A DNA stretch of 22,830 nt from an uncultured Fibrobacterales bacterium (GTDB lineage Bacteria; Fibrobacterota; Fibrobacteria; Fibrobacterales; CAWVXU01), in NCBI GenBank assembly GCA_963934255.1, contig CAWVXU010000040.1, forward strand, positions 1 through 22,830, read 5' to 3'. Made by a program: the position numbers and the translations under genes. The notes beneath the pieces were generated by a model. It was not told the DNA's origin and made no database searches. It worked only from the letters and a program-made list of their open reading frames with translations. Shown piece after piece: positions 1-10,969 of the stretch. Position 1 is the stretch's first letter. Every line of letters starts with the position of its first letter.

Positions 1-801
1 ACCGTTCAGCTTATCCACACCAATTTTCATTGATACGAAGAACTCAGGCGCCTGTGTTTGAGACTGTAGAAGTCTTGCGCCGACAGCCTTTTGCATTCCA
101 GAGACAGGCAGGTCTTGAGTTGGTGCGACCGGAGCCATTGATCCATAGCTAACAGGTAAGTCAGATGCCGCAGCTTTGGCTGGTCTTCCTGATGAAGCGG
201 GTGCTGAGAATTTAGCGACGGGTACGAAAGACTCAACGTCTTCTTTAAGGATACGACCTGAAGGGCCTGAGCCTTGAATGTCAGCTAGGTTATAACCTTT
301 GTCCAGGGCAATCTTACGAGCCACAGGGGTCGCTTTAATACGACCTTGATTGACTGGTGAACTTCCGGTAGAAGTGGGTGCCGGAGCTGATACAGGTATT
401 GCAAAGCTTGGAGCTGCCACATTGGCAGGGGCAGAAGATGTAACTACTGGAATTGGATCAGGTGTTGGAGCTGCCGAAACTTCTTCAGCCGGAGCTGCTG
501 CTGAGGATGCAAGAGCATCAATAGCTTCTTGTAATTCTTCTTCGTATTCCTCATCTGCGTCGTCAGTTAAAACTGCAATTGGTGCGTTGACCAAAACAGT
601 AGAACCAGGCTCAGTGCCAGGAACGATGTAGCGTAAAATACCTTCATCAAGAGATTCGTAGTCGACTGTTGATTTGTCTGTTTCTACAGAGCAGAGTACA
701 GTGCCTTCTTCAATTCTATCACCAACTGATACAAGCCATTTAGCGATGACGCCGTCATCCATTGTTGGACTTAAGCTGGGCATTAAAACGATATTAGCCA
801 T
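1..801 (-). CDS. pdhC: Pyruvate dehydrogenase E2, dihydrolipoamide acetyltransferase (5' part; truncated at the window edge)
   Basis: Not in the ORF track; translated by hand from ATG at 801: MANIVLMPSLSPTMDDGVIAKW...SVETDKSTVDY (lipoyl domain, ETDK lipoyl-lysine), Ala/Pro-rich linker, then RIKATPVARKIALDKGYNLADIQGSGPSGRILKEDVE (peripheral subunit-binding domain). AAGGA RBS upstream; follows pdhB by 14 nt. Confidence 0.95.
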   Translation of the reverse strand, partial: MANIVLMPSLSPTMDDGVIAKWLVSVGDRIEEGTVLCSVETDKSTVDYESLDEGILRYIVPGTEPGSTVLVNAPIAVLTDDADEEYEEELQEAIDALASSAAAPAEEVSAAPTPDPIPVVTSSAPANVAAPSFAIPVSAPAPTSTGSSPVNQGRIKATPVARKIALDKGYNLADIQGSGPSGRILKEDVESFVPVAKFSAPASSGRPAKAAASDLPVSYGSMAPVAPTQDLPVSGMQKAVGARLLQSQTQAPEFFVSMKIGVDKLNG

Positions 802-815
802 AATATTATTCCTTG

Positions 816-1802
816 TTATGCTGAGAGGTAAGCCACATCATAGATGGCTTTAGCAATTTTATCAGGTGAAGGAAGCGTTTCCGCTTCTAAATTTTTTGCG
901 TAAGGCATGGGGTTTTCATTTTGACAAACGCGTACTACTGGTGAGTCAAGATAATCCCAAAGTTGACTGTGAATCATGTGTGAATATTGAGCGCCAATTC
1001 CACACCAATCATGACCTTCTTCTACCACAACAACGCGGTTAGTTTTCTTAACACTTTCAGCGATAAGTGGCATATCAACTGGCTTGAGTGTACGAGGATC
1101 AATGATTTCAACACTAATTTCTTGTTTGGCGAGTTCTGCTGCGGCTTGCTCTGCATATTTAACCATGCGAGAGTGAGCGATAACAGTGACATGATCACCA
1201 GGTCGGTGAATTCGACCTTTTCCAATAGGAATCACTTCGTCATTTGAGTCATCAAAATCCATTTGATCTCCATAAAGCATTTCATTCTCTAAGAAAATTA
1301 CTGGGTCATCATTACGAATTGCGGCTTTAAGTAAACCTTTGTGATCTTGTGCATTACTCGGTGCAATCACGTGGATTCCAGGAAAGTATGCGAAGATGGA
1401 TTCCATAGCGTGGGAATGTTGTGAACTCACTTGAGCAGCTGCACCATTGGCTCCACGAAAGACGATAGGAACATTAAATTGTCCACCGGTCATATAATGC
1501 ATTTTGGAAGCATTAGAAATGATTTGGTCAATAGCCACGAGTGAAAAATTAAATGACATATACTCAACAATAGGACGAAGTCCCATCATAGCGGCCCCGA
1601 CAGAAAGTCCAGTAAAACCTGACTCTGAGATAGGAGTATCTATTACTCGTTTAGGACCATATTTATCTAAAAGTCCTTTAGAAATTTTATAAGCACCATT
1701 GTATTCTGCAACCTCTTCACCGATAAGAAATACGCGGTCGTCGCGTTCCATTTCTTCATCAAGGGCTTGGTTGAGAGCTGTACGAACGTCGATAATAGCC
1801 AT
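816..1802 (-). CDS. pdhB: Pyruvate dehydrogenase E1 beta subunit
   Basis: GEEVAEYNGAYK, DTPISESGF, GLRPIVE, FRGANGAAAQVSSQHS and IDPRTLKP motifs. Start overlaps the pdhA stop (TAATG). Confidence 0.96.
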   Translation of the reverse strand: MAIIDVRTALNQALDEEMERDDRVFLIGEEVAEYNGAYKISKGLLDKYGPKRVIDTPISESGFTGLSVGAAMMGLRPIVEYMSFNFSLVAIDQIISNASKMHYMTGGQFNVPIVFRGANGAAAQVSSQHSHAMESIFAYFPGIHVIAPSNAQDHKGLLKAAIRNDDPVIFLENEMLYGDQMDFDDSNDEVIPIGKGRIHRPGDHVTVIAHSRMVKYAEQAAAELAKQEISVEIIDPRTLKPVDMPLIAESVKKTNRVVVVEEGHDWCGIGAQYSHMIHSQLWDYLDSPVVRVCQNENPMPYAKNLEAETLPSPDKIAKAIYDVAYLSA

Positions 1803-2800
1803 TAGTTAAGATCCTCAGAAAAAGTGTGCATGGAGAGTTCCTCAAGTGGAGGCTCAGGTGATGTTTCGGCGAACTTCACATAATCTTTCACATCTGCTTT
1901 TATTTGTTTATCTATTTGTTTGATTTCGTCTTCAGTTTTGATATTATTTGCTATCAAAACTTTGTTGACTAATTGAATTGGATCTTTTTCAACCCATTCT
2001 GAAACTTCATCTTTCGAACGATAAAGGCCTGCATCAGAAACCGAGTGGCCTTTAAATCTATAAGTTAATCCATGAATAAGCACTGGCCGCTTTGTTTCAC
2101 GAACTTCGTTGATAATCTCTTCCATCTTTTCATAGACTTCAAACATATTCATACCATCAAGGAAATACCCCTTCATTTTGTATGATTGTGCGATTTCTTC
2201 AACTTTTTCATTGGACAAAATACGATGGCGAGCGGTCCCCATAGCGTATTGATTATCTTCACAAATAAATATTGCGGGGAGGTTCCAAAGTGCGGCTAGG
2301 TTCATGGTTTCATGGAATGTCCCCTGAGGGAGAGCACCATCACCGAAGTGAATAAACGAAACACCGTTCTTGTTGTGATAGTTAGACTCAAATGCAGCAC
2401 CGATACCGATACCGTATTGTCCACCTACAATACCGTGACCACCTAGATAGTTATGCTCTTTAGAGAAGTAGTGCATAGAACCACCTTTACCGCGAACACA
2501 GCCAGTGACTTTACCGTATAATTCGGCCATACAAGCATTAGGGTCCATACCCAAAGCAAGTCCAAGTCCATGACACCTATAAGTAGTTACGACTGAATCT
2601 TGTGGTTGCTTATGAGCTAAAATTCCTACTCCTAAGGCTTCTTGGCCTATATAAGTGTGTAAAAATCCTGCAATTTTCTTTTGTTGATATCCTTTAATCG
2701 TAGATTCTTCAAAACGACGAATGAGTATCATCTGACGATGAAGTTCGATTAACTTCTCGGGTGTCAGGCTTTTGGGCAATTTAGGCAGTTCTTGAGCCAT
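1802..2800 (-). CDS. pdhA: Pyruvate dehydrogenase E1 alpha subunit
   Basis: GFLHTYIGQEA, TYRCHG, GKGGSMH, TPP-binding GDGA...EDNQY and YRFKGHSVSD motifs. GAGG RBS. Confidence 0.96.
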   Translation of the reverse strand: MAQELPKLPKSLTPEKLIELHRQMILIRRFEESTIKGYQQKKIAGFLHTYIGQEALGVGILAHKQPQDSVVTTYRCHGLGLALGMDPNACMAELYGKVTGCVRGKGGSMHYFSKEHNYLGGHGIVGGQYGIGIGAAFESNYHNKNGVSFIHFGDGALPQGTFHETMNLAALWNLPAIFICEDNQYAMGTARHRILSNEKVEEIAQSYKMKGYFLDGMNMFEVYEKMEEIINEVRETKRPVLIHGLTYRFKGHSVSDAGLYRSKDEVSEWVEKDPIQLVNKVLIANNIKTEDEIKQIDKQIKADVKDYVKFAETSPEPPLEELSMHTFSEDLN

Positions 2801-2870
2801 GGATCCTCATTGGTGAAGTAAATGTCATATTTTGATTGCTATTCAATACTTAAAAAGCAATGTTGTACTA

Positions 2871-2879
2871 ATTTTAGCA
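2871..2879 (-). promoter_or_regulatory. Possible extended -10 promoter element for pdhA
   Basis: Minus strand reads TGCTAAAAT (TGn-TAAAAT) about 70 nt upstream of the pdhA start. No convincing -35; AT-rich background makes this weak. Confidence 0.3.
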
Positions 2880-3098
2880 ATTTTCTATAACTTTCATCGC
2901 TTAAAAATGGTCAAAAGTGAGTAAAAACCGAAAAGTAGTAGCTTTAATGTCCTGAAATAATTTGAAAAAGACCTTGGAATTTGGTGAAAGTGATATTTCG
3001 AGTATTTTGGAAAGTAAATTCCTTAGTTCAAAAGACCATTTCATGAAGAGAAGGTTACTTGATATAAATCTAAACCACTATCAAACTATCTCCAAACC

Positions 3099-3132
3099 AA
3101 AAAAAACGGAAACCAACTAGGTTTCCGTTTTT
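3099..3132 (-). terminator. Intrinsic terminator downstream of the amino-acid symporter (possibly bidirectional)
   Basis: AAAAACGGAAACC-aacta-GGTTTCCGTTTTT hairpin, followed by T8 on the minus strand. Confidence 0.85.
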
Positions 3133-3142
3133 AAATTTTTCA

Positions 3143-3177
3143 TATTCATCTATCAAGCAAGATTCAATAGATGAATA
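3143..3177 (-). repeat. 11-bp inverted repeat (AU-rich hairpin) in the symporter 3' UTR
   Basis: TATTCATCTAT (3143-3153) and ATAGATGAATA (3167-3177) are exact reverse complements. Confidence 0.7.
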
Positions 3178-3192
3178 CTCAACACATTAAAC

Positions 3193-4743
3193 CTATTTGT
3201 ACGGCACAATCTCACCATTTTTCAGGCGAGAATAGTAATCAGTCACAAGTACTTTTACTTTACCAGATAAGATGATCATTCCAATAATATTCGGGAAGGC
3301 CATTGAAAGGAGCATTAAGTCAGAGAAGTCTAGGACATTACCAATACTCATCACAGGTCCAAGAACCACAAGTACTGAGAAGACTATTCTATAATATTTG
3401 ATGAAGCTCTCTCCAAAAAGATATTCTGTAGCTTTTTCACCATAATAAGACCAAGAGATCATAGTTGAGTAGGCAAAAATAACCACTGCAATAGTCAACA
3501 GGGTAGGGAGGAATGGATGTAAAGTTCCAAAGGCATGAGAAGTTAACTCAACCCCACTCAGTCCTTCAATCGTGTGTGATTGGGTAATAAGAAGAGTAAG
3601 AGCAGTCATGGTACAAACAACGATAGTATCAATGAAAGGTCCAAGCATTGCAACAGTACCCTCACGAACCGGCTCTTTGGTTTTGGCTGCAGCATGAATA
3701 ATTGCCGCTGAACCAAGACCCGCCTCATTGGAAAACGATGCGCGTTTCATGCCTTGAATTAGAACTCCGATAAAACCACCAAATGCCGCTTCTGGTGAAA
3801 AAGCTTGGGCAAAAATATCGCCAAACATTGAAGGTATAGCTGAGAAGTTTGAGAAGATGATGGTCAAACAGACACCTGAGTAGAAAATAACCATCGCAGG
3901 TATTAGCTTTGAAGTCACTGAGCCAATACGCTTGATTCCCCCGAGGATAACAGCGCCCACCATAATAGCTAGAGCAAGTCCAACAATCCATTTGAAAACT
4001 TCTGGAGTGTTTTCTGGAGTGCCATAGATACGTTCTGCAACAAGTACATAGGTTTGATTCCCCTGAAACATATTACCGCCACCAAAAGAACCCATAATAG
4101 TGAGTCCAGCAAATATCACAGCTAGAACCTTACCAAGAGTCTTTAAGCCTTTTTCAGCAAGACCTTGCTCCAAATAGATCATTGGTCCACCGAGTACACG
4201 TCCATTTTTATCTACACGACGATATAATTGGGCGAGAGTACATGATGAAAATTTCATACTCATACCTAAGAATGCTACAATCCACATCCAAAAAACGGCT
4301 CCCGCACCACCGACTGAGATCGCAACAGCAACACCTGCGATGTTACCAAGTCCTACAGTCGCAGAAAGTGCTGAAGTGAGAGCTTTAAAATGAGAGATTT
4401 CACCTTTGTCTTTGGGGTTATCAAATTTCCCCATGACAACTAAAATGGCATGTTTAAAGAGTTTTACATTGATAAAGCTATATCGTAGAGTAAAAAATAT
4501 ACCACCGATACCAAGAAGCGCAATAATGAAAGGGAACTTGATATCACCTTGTCCTGCGATCGGATGACTAAAAGTTGCAACTGAGAAAAACATAATGTCT
4601 CCCACAAATCCAACAATAATCCCGAAAAAGTTATCAATAGATGAAACTAGTGAATCTGATTCAGTTGCGGCTGCAGCTTCTGAAGCCCAAATAAAGCCGT
4701 TCAGGCTCATTAATAATAACGCGATTTTTTTGATTAAATTCAT
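3193..4743 (-). CDS. Alanine/glycine:cation symporter (AGCS family)
   Basis: GEISHFKALTSALSATVGLGNIAGVA, GGAGAVFWMW, GGPM, FSNEAGLGSA, PFIDTIVVCT and FAYSTMISWSYYGE signatures; many hydrophobic segments; GGAGAG RBS. Confidence 0.95.
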   Translation of the reverse strand: MNLIKKIALLLMSLNGFIWASEAAAATESDSLVSSIDNFFGIIVGFVGDIMFFSVATFSHPIAGQGDIKFPFIIALLGIGGIFFTLRYSFINVKLFKHAILVVMGKFDNPKDKGEISHFKALTSALSATVGLGNIAGVAVAISVGGAGAVFWMWIVAFLGMSMKFSSCTLAQLYRRVDKNGRVLGGPMIYLEQGLAEKGLKTLGKVLAVIFAGLTIMGSFGGGNMFQGNQTYVLVAERIYGTPENTPEVFKWIVGLALAIMVGAVILGGIKRIGSVTSKLIPAMVIFYSGVCLTIIFSNFSAIPSMFGDIFAQAFSPEAAFGGFIGVLIQGMKRASFSNEAGLGSAAIIHAAAKTKEPVREGTVAMLGPFIDTIVVCTMTALTLLITQSHTIEGLSGVELTSHAFGTLHPFLPTLLTIAVVIFAYSTMISWSYYGEKATEYLFGESFIKYYRIVFSVLVVLGPVMSIGNVLDFSDLMLLSMAFPNIIGMIILSGKVKVLVTDYYSRLKNGEIVPYK

Positions 4744-4758
4744 TCTCTCTCCAAAGAA

Positions 4759-5571
4759 TTATTCTGATGCTTTAAATGTAATATGATATCCCTGATATTT
4801 GCGGAGATTGATGACTCCATTGCTCAACAAAAGGTATTGACCTTTGATTCCTTTGAGAATACCTTCAACGAGTGGCTCTTTATCTAGATTGAATGACTTA
4901 ATTTTGTCTGGATATTCATTTACTGGATAATTAATTTCAATCATTTCAGCCATTTCCAGTGGTTCTGCGTTCAAATGATCAGGCCAAGATTCAAATAGTT
5001 GGTCTCTCACTTCATAGAGGTCAATTTCTTCCACCTCATTTTTAAGCATTTTACGCCAGTTGGTTTTGTCTGCTACGAAATCTTTAAAATGCATTTCTAC
5101 AAGCCCTGAATCTAGACGAGTAGGTACTTGAGCAATAGGGAGTGCTGCCACTGCACCCTGATCAATCCAACGTGTCGGCACTTGAGTATTGCGGGTAATA
5201 CCCACTTTGACACCACTTGAATTTGCCAAATAAACAGTGTGACCGACCATACAGTTTTTCTCAGCCCACTCTTCATCGCGGCAAGTTCCTTGTGCGTGAT
5301 GGCAAGTTTCAGGTTTCATGATACACATGTCGCAAGAGGCGAGGCGAGACATACAAGGGTAACAGTGACCCTGAGCAAATGATTTTTTGGTCTTATTTCC
5401 ACAGGCGATACATTTGATTTCGTCCAGAAACAGGAGTTTTACTTTTTTACCTATAAATTGATTTAAAGCAAGGCAATGGCCCTCAGTAGAATCAAGTTGG
5501 TATTGAACTGGACTTTGAAGCTCAGTTTTCATTTTCAGAAGGTGACCTTCGAATGAATTTTCTTGACTCAT
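4759..5571 (-). CDS. DUF2797-family Cys-rich protein
   Basis: CIAC...KKSFAQGHCYPC...CDMCIMKPETCH...GTCR...VYLANSSGVKVGITR...TRWIDQGA...KTNWRKML...GIKGQYL pattern recognised as DUF2797. AGGAG RBS. Confidence 0.85.
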   Translation of the reverse strand: MSQENSFEGHLLKMKTELQSPVQYQLDSTEGHCLALNQFIGKKVKLLFLDEIKCIACGNKTKKSFAQGHCYPCMSRLASCDMCIMKPETCHHAQGTCRDEEWAEKNCMVGHTVYLANSSGVKVGITRNTQVPTRWIDQGAVAALPIAQVPTRLDSGLVEMHFKDFVADKTNWRKMLKNEVEEIDLYEVRDQLFESWPDHLNAEPLEMAEMIEINYPVNEYPDKIKSFNLDKEPLVEGILKGIKGQYLLLSNGVINLRKYQGYHITFKASE

Positions 5572-5652
5572 TAGTTTCTCCTTGTAAATTCCTTGGTATT
5601 CTTACGAAGAACACTTATTTTTATGCAAGATAGAAAAGTCCACGAGGTCAAA

Positions 5653-6006
5653 ATGATTGAATTTTATGGTTATAAGAGATGTAGTACTTCAAGAAAAGCT
5701 GAAAAATGCCTAGAAACTGCAGGAATCAAATACAACTTTATAGATATTACTGAAACTGCTCCGACTCAAGAGTTGCTTTCTAAGATTGTTAAAAATTCTG
5801 GGCTTGAGACCAAAAAAGCTTTTAATACTTCTGGAGTTCAGTATCGTGAACTTGGCATGAAAGACAAAATTAAAGAAATGTCTGAAAGTCAAATGCTGGA
5901 AGTCCTAGCGGGAAATGGCAAGCTTTGTAAGCGTCCAATGCTAATTAGTGGGTCAAAGGCCACAATTGGGTTTAAAGAAGGTGACTTCCAGAAAACCTGG
6001 GTTTAA
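5653..6006 (+). CDS. ArsC/Spx/YffB-family thioredoxin-fold protein
   Basis: YKRCSTSRKA, FNTSGVQYREL and KRP motifs. ATG at 5653 with a GAGG RBS is preferred to the TTG at 5593. Confidence 0.88.
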   Translation: MIEFYGYKRCSTSRKAEKCLETAGIKYNFIDITETAPTQELLSKIVKNSGLETKKAFNTSGVQYRELGMKDKIKEMSESQMLEVLAGNGKLCKRPMLISGSKATIGFKEGDFQKTWV

Positions 6007-6728
6007 ATCATTCGAATATCTTGAAAACTCCCAGATTTAAAGTTGAGAAGTTGAGGGACTAGCTCGACAAATCGAGGTGCCAATTCGTCTGGAGTTGGCA
6101 TGTTTATAGTTCCTCTGAGGCCTTTAATTCTTTGAAGACTTTTAAAAACCTTTGCATTAACTTCATCACATAGATAGTCCTGCATTTTGGTGTCTATCAA
6201 ACCAGGCGCAAGAGCCGTAAAATGAGTCTCTGGAAAATCTTGCGAAAACAGTGAAATCCACATATTAAAAGCTGCTTTAGATATGCTATAGCCGCTCCAA
6301 CCTTTGTTTCCGTTGACGGCGGCCCCTGAAGAAATACCAATGACTTGTTTGACCAGGATGTCACTTTTGAGCAGACTCTGCATGATGGTTTGATTAGCCC
6401 AGAGGTGAACTTGCATCAATCTTTGCATTTCTTTTAGGTTAGAGTCAATTAGGGTTCTGATTTGACCGACCTGTCCCGCATTTAAAATTACCAAATTAAA
6501 TAAATCGGGTAGTTTGGTTTGAGACAAGGACTTGACAATGGATTCCTCAGACTCCAAATCACATGAAATATGATGAAAATTTTTACTCAAAATTGATGAA
6601 GTGAGTTCGGGAACCTCTTTTCGACTCAATCCATAAACATCAGATCCCTGTTCAAGATACTTTTTACAAAGCGCAAGCCCTAATCCTGAACTGACTCCTG
6701 TGATAAATACTCGATGAGGCTTTGCCAT
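6003..6728 (-). CDS. Short-chain dehydrogenase/reductase (sepiapterin/benzil reductase-like)
   Basis: TGVSSGLG Rossmann motif, LNAG, ISSGAA, catalytic YSISK, APGLIDTKMQ. AGGAG RBS. Confidence 0.9.
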   Translation of the reverse strand: MAKPHRVFITGVSSGLGLALCKKYLEQGSDVYGLSRKEVPELTSSILSKNFHHISCDLESEESIVKSLSQTKLPDLFNLVILNAGQVGQIRTLIDSNLKEMQRLMQVHLWANQTIMQSLLKSDILVKQVIGISSGAAVNGNKGWSGYSISKAAFNMWISLFSQDFPETHFTALAPGLIDTKMQDYLCDEVNAKVFKSLQRIKGLRGTINMPTPDELAPRFVELVPQLLNFKSGSFQDIRMI

Positions 6729-6939
6729 TTATTGACTCCTTGAGAGTGATAACCAATTAAATTACTCAATCGGCCTAGTTTTCAAATGAACGCCCATTGA
6801 TCACCAAATGAATAAGAATAAGCACTTTGTTTTGAATTAAACTAGAAATTTGAGGCAAATTCACAACGAGGATTCATTCAAATGTATTCTCTCATAGAAT
6901 TGAAAAGGAAAGCTCTATTGAAATATCTAAGTTTAAACT

Positions 6940-9108
<2,169 letters not shown>

Positions 9109-9138
9109 GCCACTCAAATCAAGTGTTAAGACAAATAC

Positions 9139-9177
9139 AATTAAAAAGCGAGAAGGTTTACTTCTCGCTTTTTAATT
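9139..9177. terminator. Bidirectional intrinsic terminator between convergent ygiQ and SDR
   Basis: AATTAAAAAGCGAGAAG-gttta-CTTCTCGCTTTTTAATT perfect hairpin with a T5 run on each strand. Confidence 0.9.
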
Positions 9178-9188
9178 TCAAAGTGTAT

Positions 9189-9998
9189 TTACTTCTTATC
9201 AATAATTTTTTTCTTAATAATTTTGTCAATCCAATGATTTCGTAAAAATCTTTTGGCAAACTTAAATTTCTTACAATCGGGACCCACATCTTGACGCACA
9301 GGTTTACTTGGGTCAATGACAAGATCCAGTAAAATCTGCGCAACATCATCACCATCAGGGAGCTTGGAATCCTGATCAGCTGAAAAGTCTTTAAATGGAG
9401 CTAAGCGAGGACCATAGGGAGTCTCAGGGTTTGAAATTTCGGTTAAAGCATTGTGGAAATTAGTGCGGACCCAACCTGGCTCAAGTAGGTGAGTGTATAT
9501 GCCGTAAGGCTCAACTTCATGCCTAAGGCTTAATGCAAATGCACTGAGAGCGGACTTTGAGGCACAATACTGAGCCTTAAAAGGAAATTGAAGTTCAAAA
9601 ACAATAGAACCCATAAAAAGGAAATGCCCCGAAGCTCTATTTCTAAAATGAGGAAGAATTTCTTTGGTTAACCACACAGGCCCCCAATAATTGACTTCAA
9701 AAAGTTTTAAAGAGAGTTCTAAATCAGTATCTTCAACTGCCCCAAGTTCACCAACGCCGGCATTATGAATGACGACATCGGGATAGCCACCCAATAGTTC
9801 AATAGCCTTTGCCAGTCCTTCAACTCTTTGCACCGAATCACTTAAATCCATTTTGATTAAATTGTATTCTGAGTGAGTGAAATCAACCACAGTTTGGGCG
9901 TTAGAAGTAGTGCCTACTACTTTTGAGGATACTGAAAACAACTTCGCTGCAGCTAGACCGACTCCAGAAGTTGCACCTGTGATTAAAACTTTACGCAT
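9189..9998 (-). CDS. Short-chain dehydrogenase/reductase
   Basis: TGATSGVG, HNAG, catalytic YCASK and EPGWVRTNF motifs; starts 3 nt after the lgt stop. Confidence 0.9.
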   Translation of the reverse strand: MRKVLITGATSGVGLAAAKLFSVSSKVVGTTSNAQTVVDFTHSEYNLIKMDLSDSVQRVEGLAKAIELLGGYPDVVIHNAGVGELGAVEDTDLELSLKLFEVNYWGPVWLTKEILPHFRNRASGHFLFMGSIVFELQFPFKAQYCASKSALSAFALSLRHEVEPYGIYTHLLEPGWVRTNFHNALTEISNPETPYGPRLAPFKDFSADQDSKLPDGDDVAQILLDLVIDPSKPVRQDVGPDCKKFKFAKRFLRNHWIDKIIKKKIIDKK

Positions 9999-10001
9999 GA
10001 A

Positions 10002-10928
10002 TTACTTCTTTACCTTGCCACTTTTATTGTTTTGCACCTGTGAATACTTTAATCGGCCAATCCATAATAGGAGTCCAGTTAATACCATTGCAGCGCACAA
10101 TAATTGACCTCGTGAAAGTCCATCAATCCAAGAAGAATCAAGCCCCAAATGAGCGTCTGGTTGACGATAGTATTCAATAAAGAATCTAGCGATACCATAG
10201 CCCATTAAATAGAGGGCAATCATGTGATCCTTACAAATTTTAAATCGTCGTAAGAAAAGCAAGATAACGAAGAGAAAAACGCCTTCAAAAAATGCTTCAT
10301 AAAGCTGGGACGGGTGACGAACCAGCTTGAGTTTATCAGAAGGAAATACCATTCCAATCCAGGCATCCGTCTCTCGACCGTAAAGTTCGCTATTTAAAAA
10401 ATTACCTAGACGCCCCCATGTGTATCCAAGAGGGGCTGCGAGAAAAGCGATATTTGCAATAGGCCAATAGGGGATTTTGTTTTTACGAAGAAAGAAGGTG
10501 CCACCTAAGAAAGCGCCAATTAAGCCACCGTGGTATGACATTCCTGATATACCAAGAAATCTAAATCCAGTTTTGCTAAATTCGAAAACTTTGACTGCGT
10601 TAAAGGGGTGCTCAATAAAATAGGTGAAATTGTAGAAAAAGATATATCCAAAACGCCCTCCAATTAAAACACCCACAATAATCCATGTAGCGAGGCCTTC
10701 TAATTGCACTGAATTTAAAGGAAGTTTATCTTTTTTGTTATAGTATTCAATGACTTTGAAACAAGTAAAAAAAGCCGCCAAATACATCAATCCATAATAT
10801 CTAATGGGGAGGCCTGAACCATCTAGAGTAGAACCAAAAGTAAAAATTGGATTTCCAAATATTGTGATAAGAGTGGGGTCGATTTTAAATGGAATGAGGT
10901 TCCAATAAGAGAGGTGACTAGGATCCAT
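10002..10928 (-). CDS. lgt: Prolipoprotein diacylglyceryl transferase
   Basis: RYYGLMY, GGRFGY, GMSYHGG, GRLGNFLNSELYGR, HPSQLYE and RFFIEYYRQPD signatures. Confidence 0.96.
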   Translation of the reverse strand: MDPSHLSYWNLIPFKIDPTLITIFGNPIFTFGSTLDGSGLPIRYYGLMYLAAFFTCFKVIEYYNKKDKLPLNSVQLEGLATWIIVGVLIGGRFGYIFFYNFTYFIEHPFNAVKVFEFSKTGFRFLGISGMSYHGGLIGAFLGGTFFLRKNKIPYWPIANIAFLAAPLGYTWGRLGNFLNSELYGRETDAWIGMVFPSDKLKLVRHPSQLYEAFFEGVFLFVILLFLRRFKICKDHMIALYLMGYGIARFFIEYYRQPDAHLGLDSSWIDGLSRGQLLCAAMVLTGLLLWIGRLKYSQVQNNKSGKVKK

Positions 10929-10969
10929 AATAAAGTTCCTTAAAATTTAATTTGATCTAAAGATAAAAA

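Noticed and set aside
27..631. ORF-track entries 27..236 (-) and 350..631 (+)
   Set aside because: Out-of-frame and antisense shadows of pdhC; the Ala/Gly richness mirrors the E2 linker.
2901..3120. Small ORFs in the pdhA/symporter gap (about 47 aa on minus from 3044; 25 aa on plus from 3043)
   Set aside because: No RBS and no recognisable motif; the plus-strand ORF runs into the terminator.
4001..4020. TCTGGAGT repeated twice
   Set aside because: Encodes the TPENTPE loop of the symporter; no array.
4744..4758. Glycine riboswitch expected upstream of an AGCS symporter
   Set aside because: Only 15 nt separate the gene from DUF2797, leaving no room.
5593..5652. Longer TTG start for the ArsC-family ORF
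   Set aside because: It would fill the divergent promoter region; the ATG at 5653 has an RBS and matches the family N-terminus.
6729..6939. CAAATG repeats in the SDR/ygiQ intergenic region as a possible ncRNA or operator
   Set aside because: Short and irregular, with no convincing structure.
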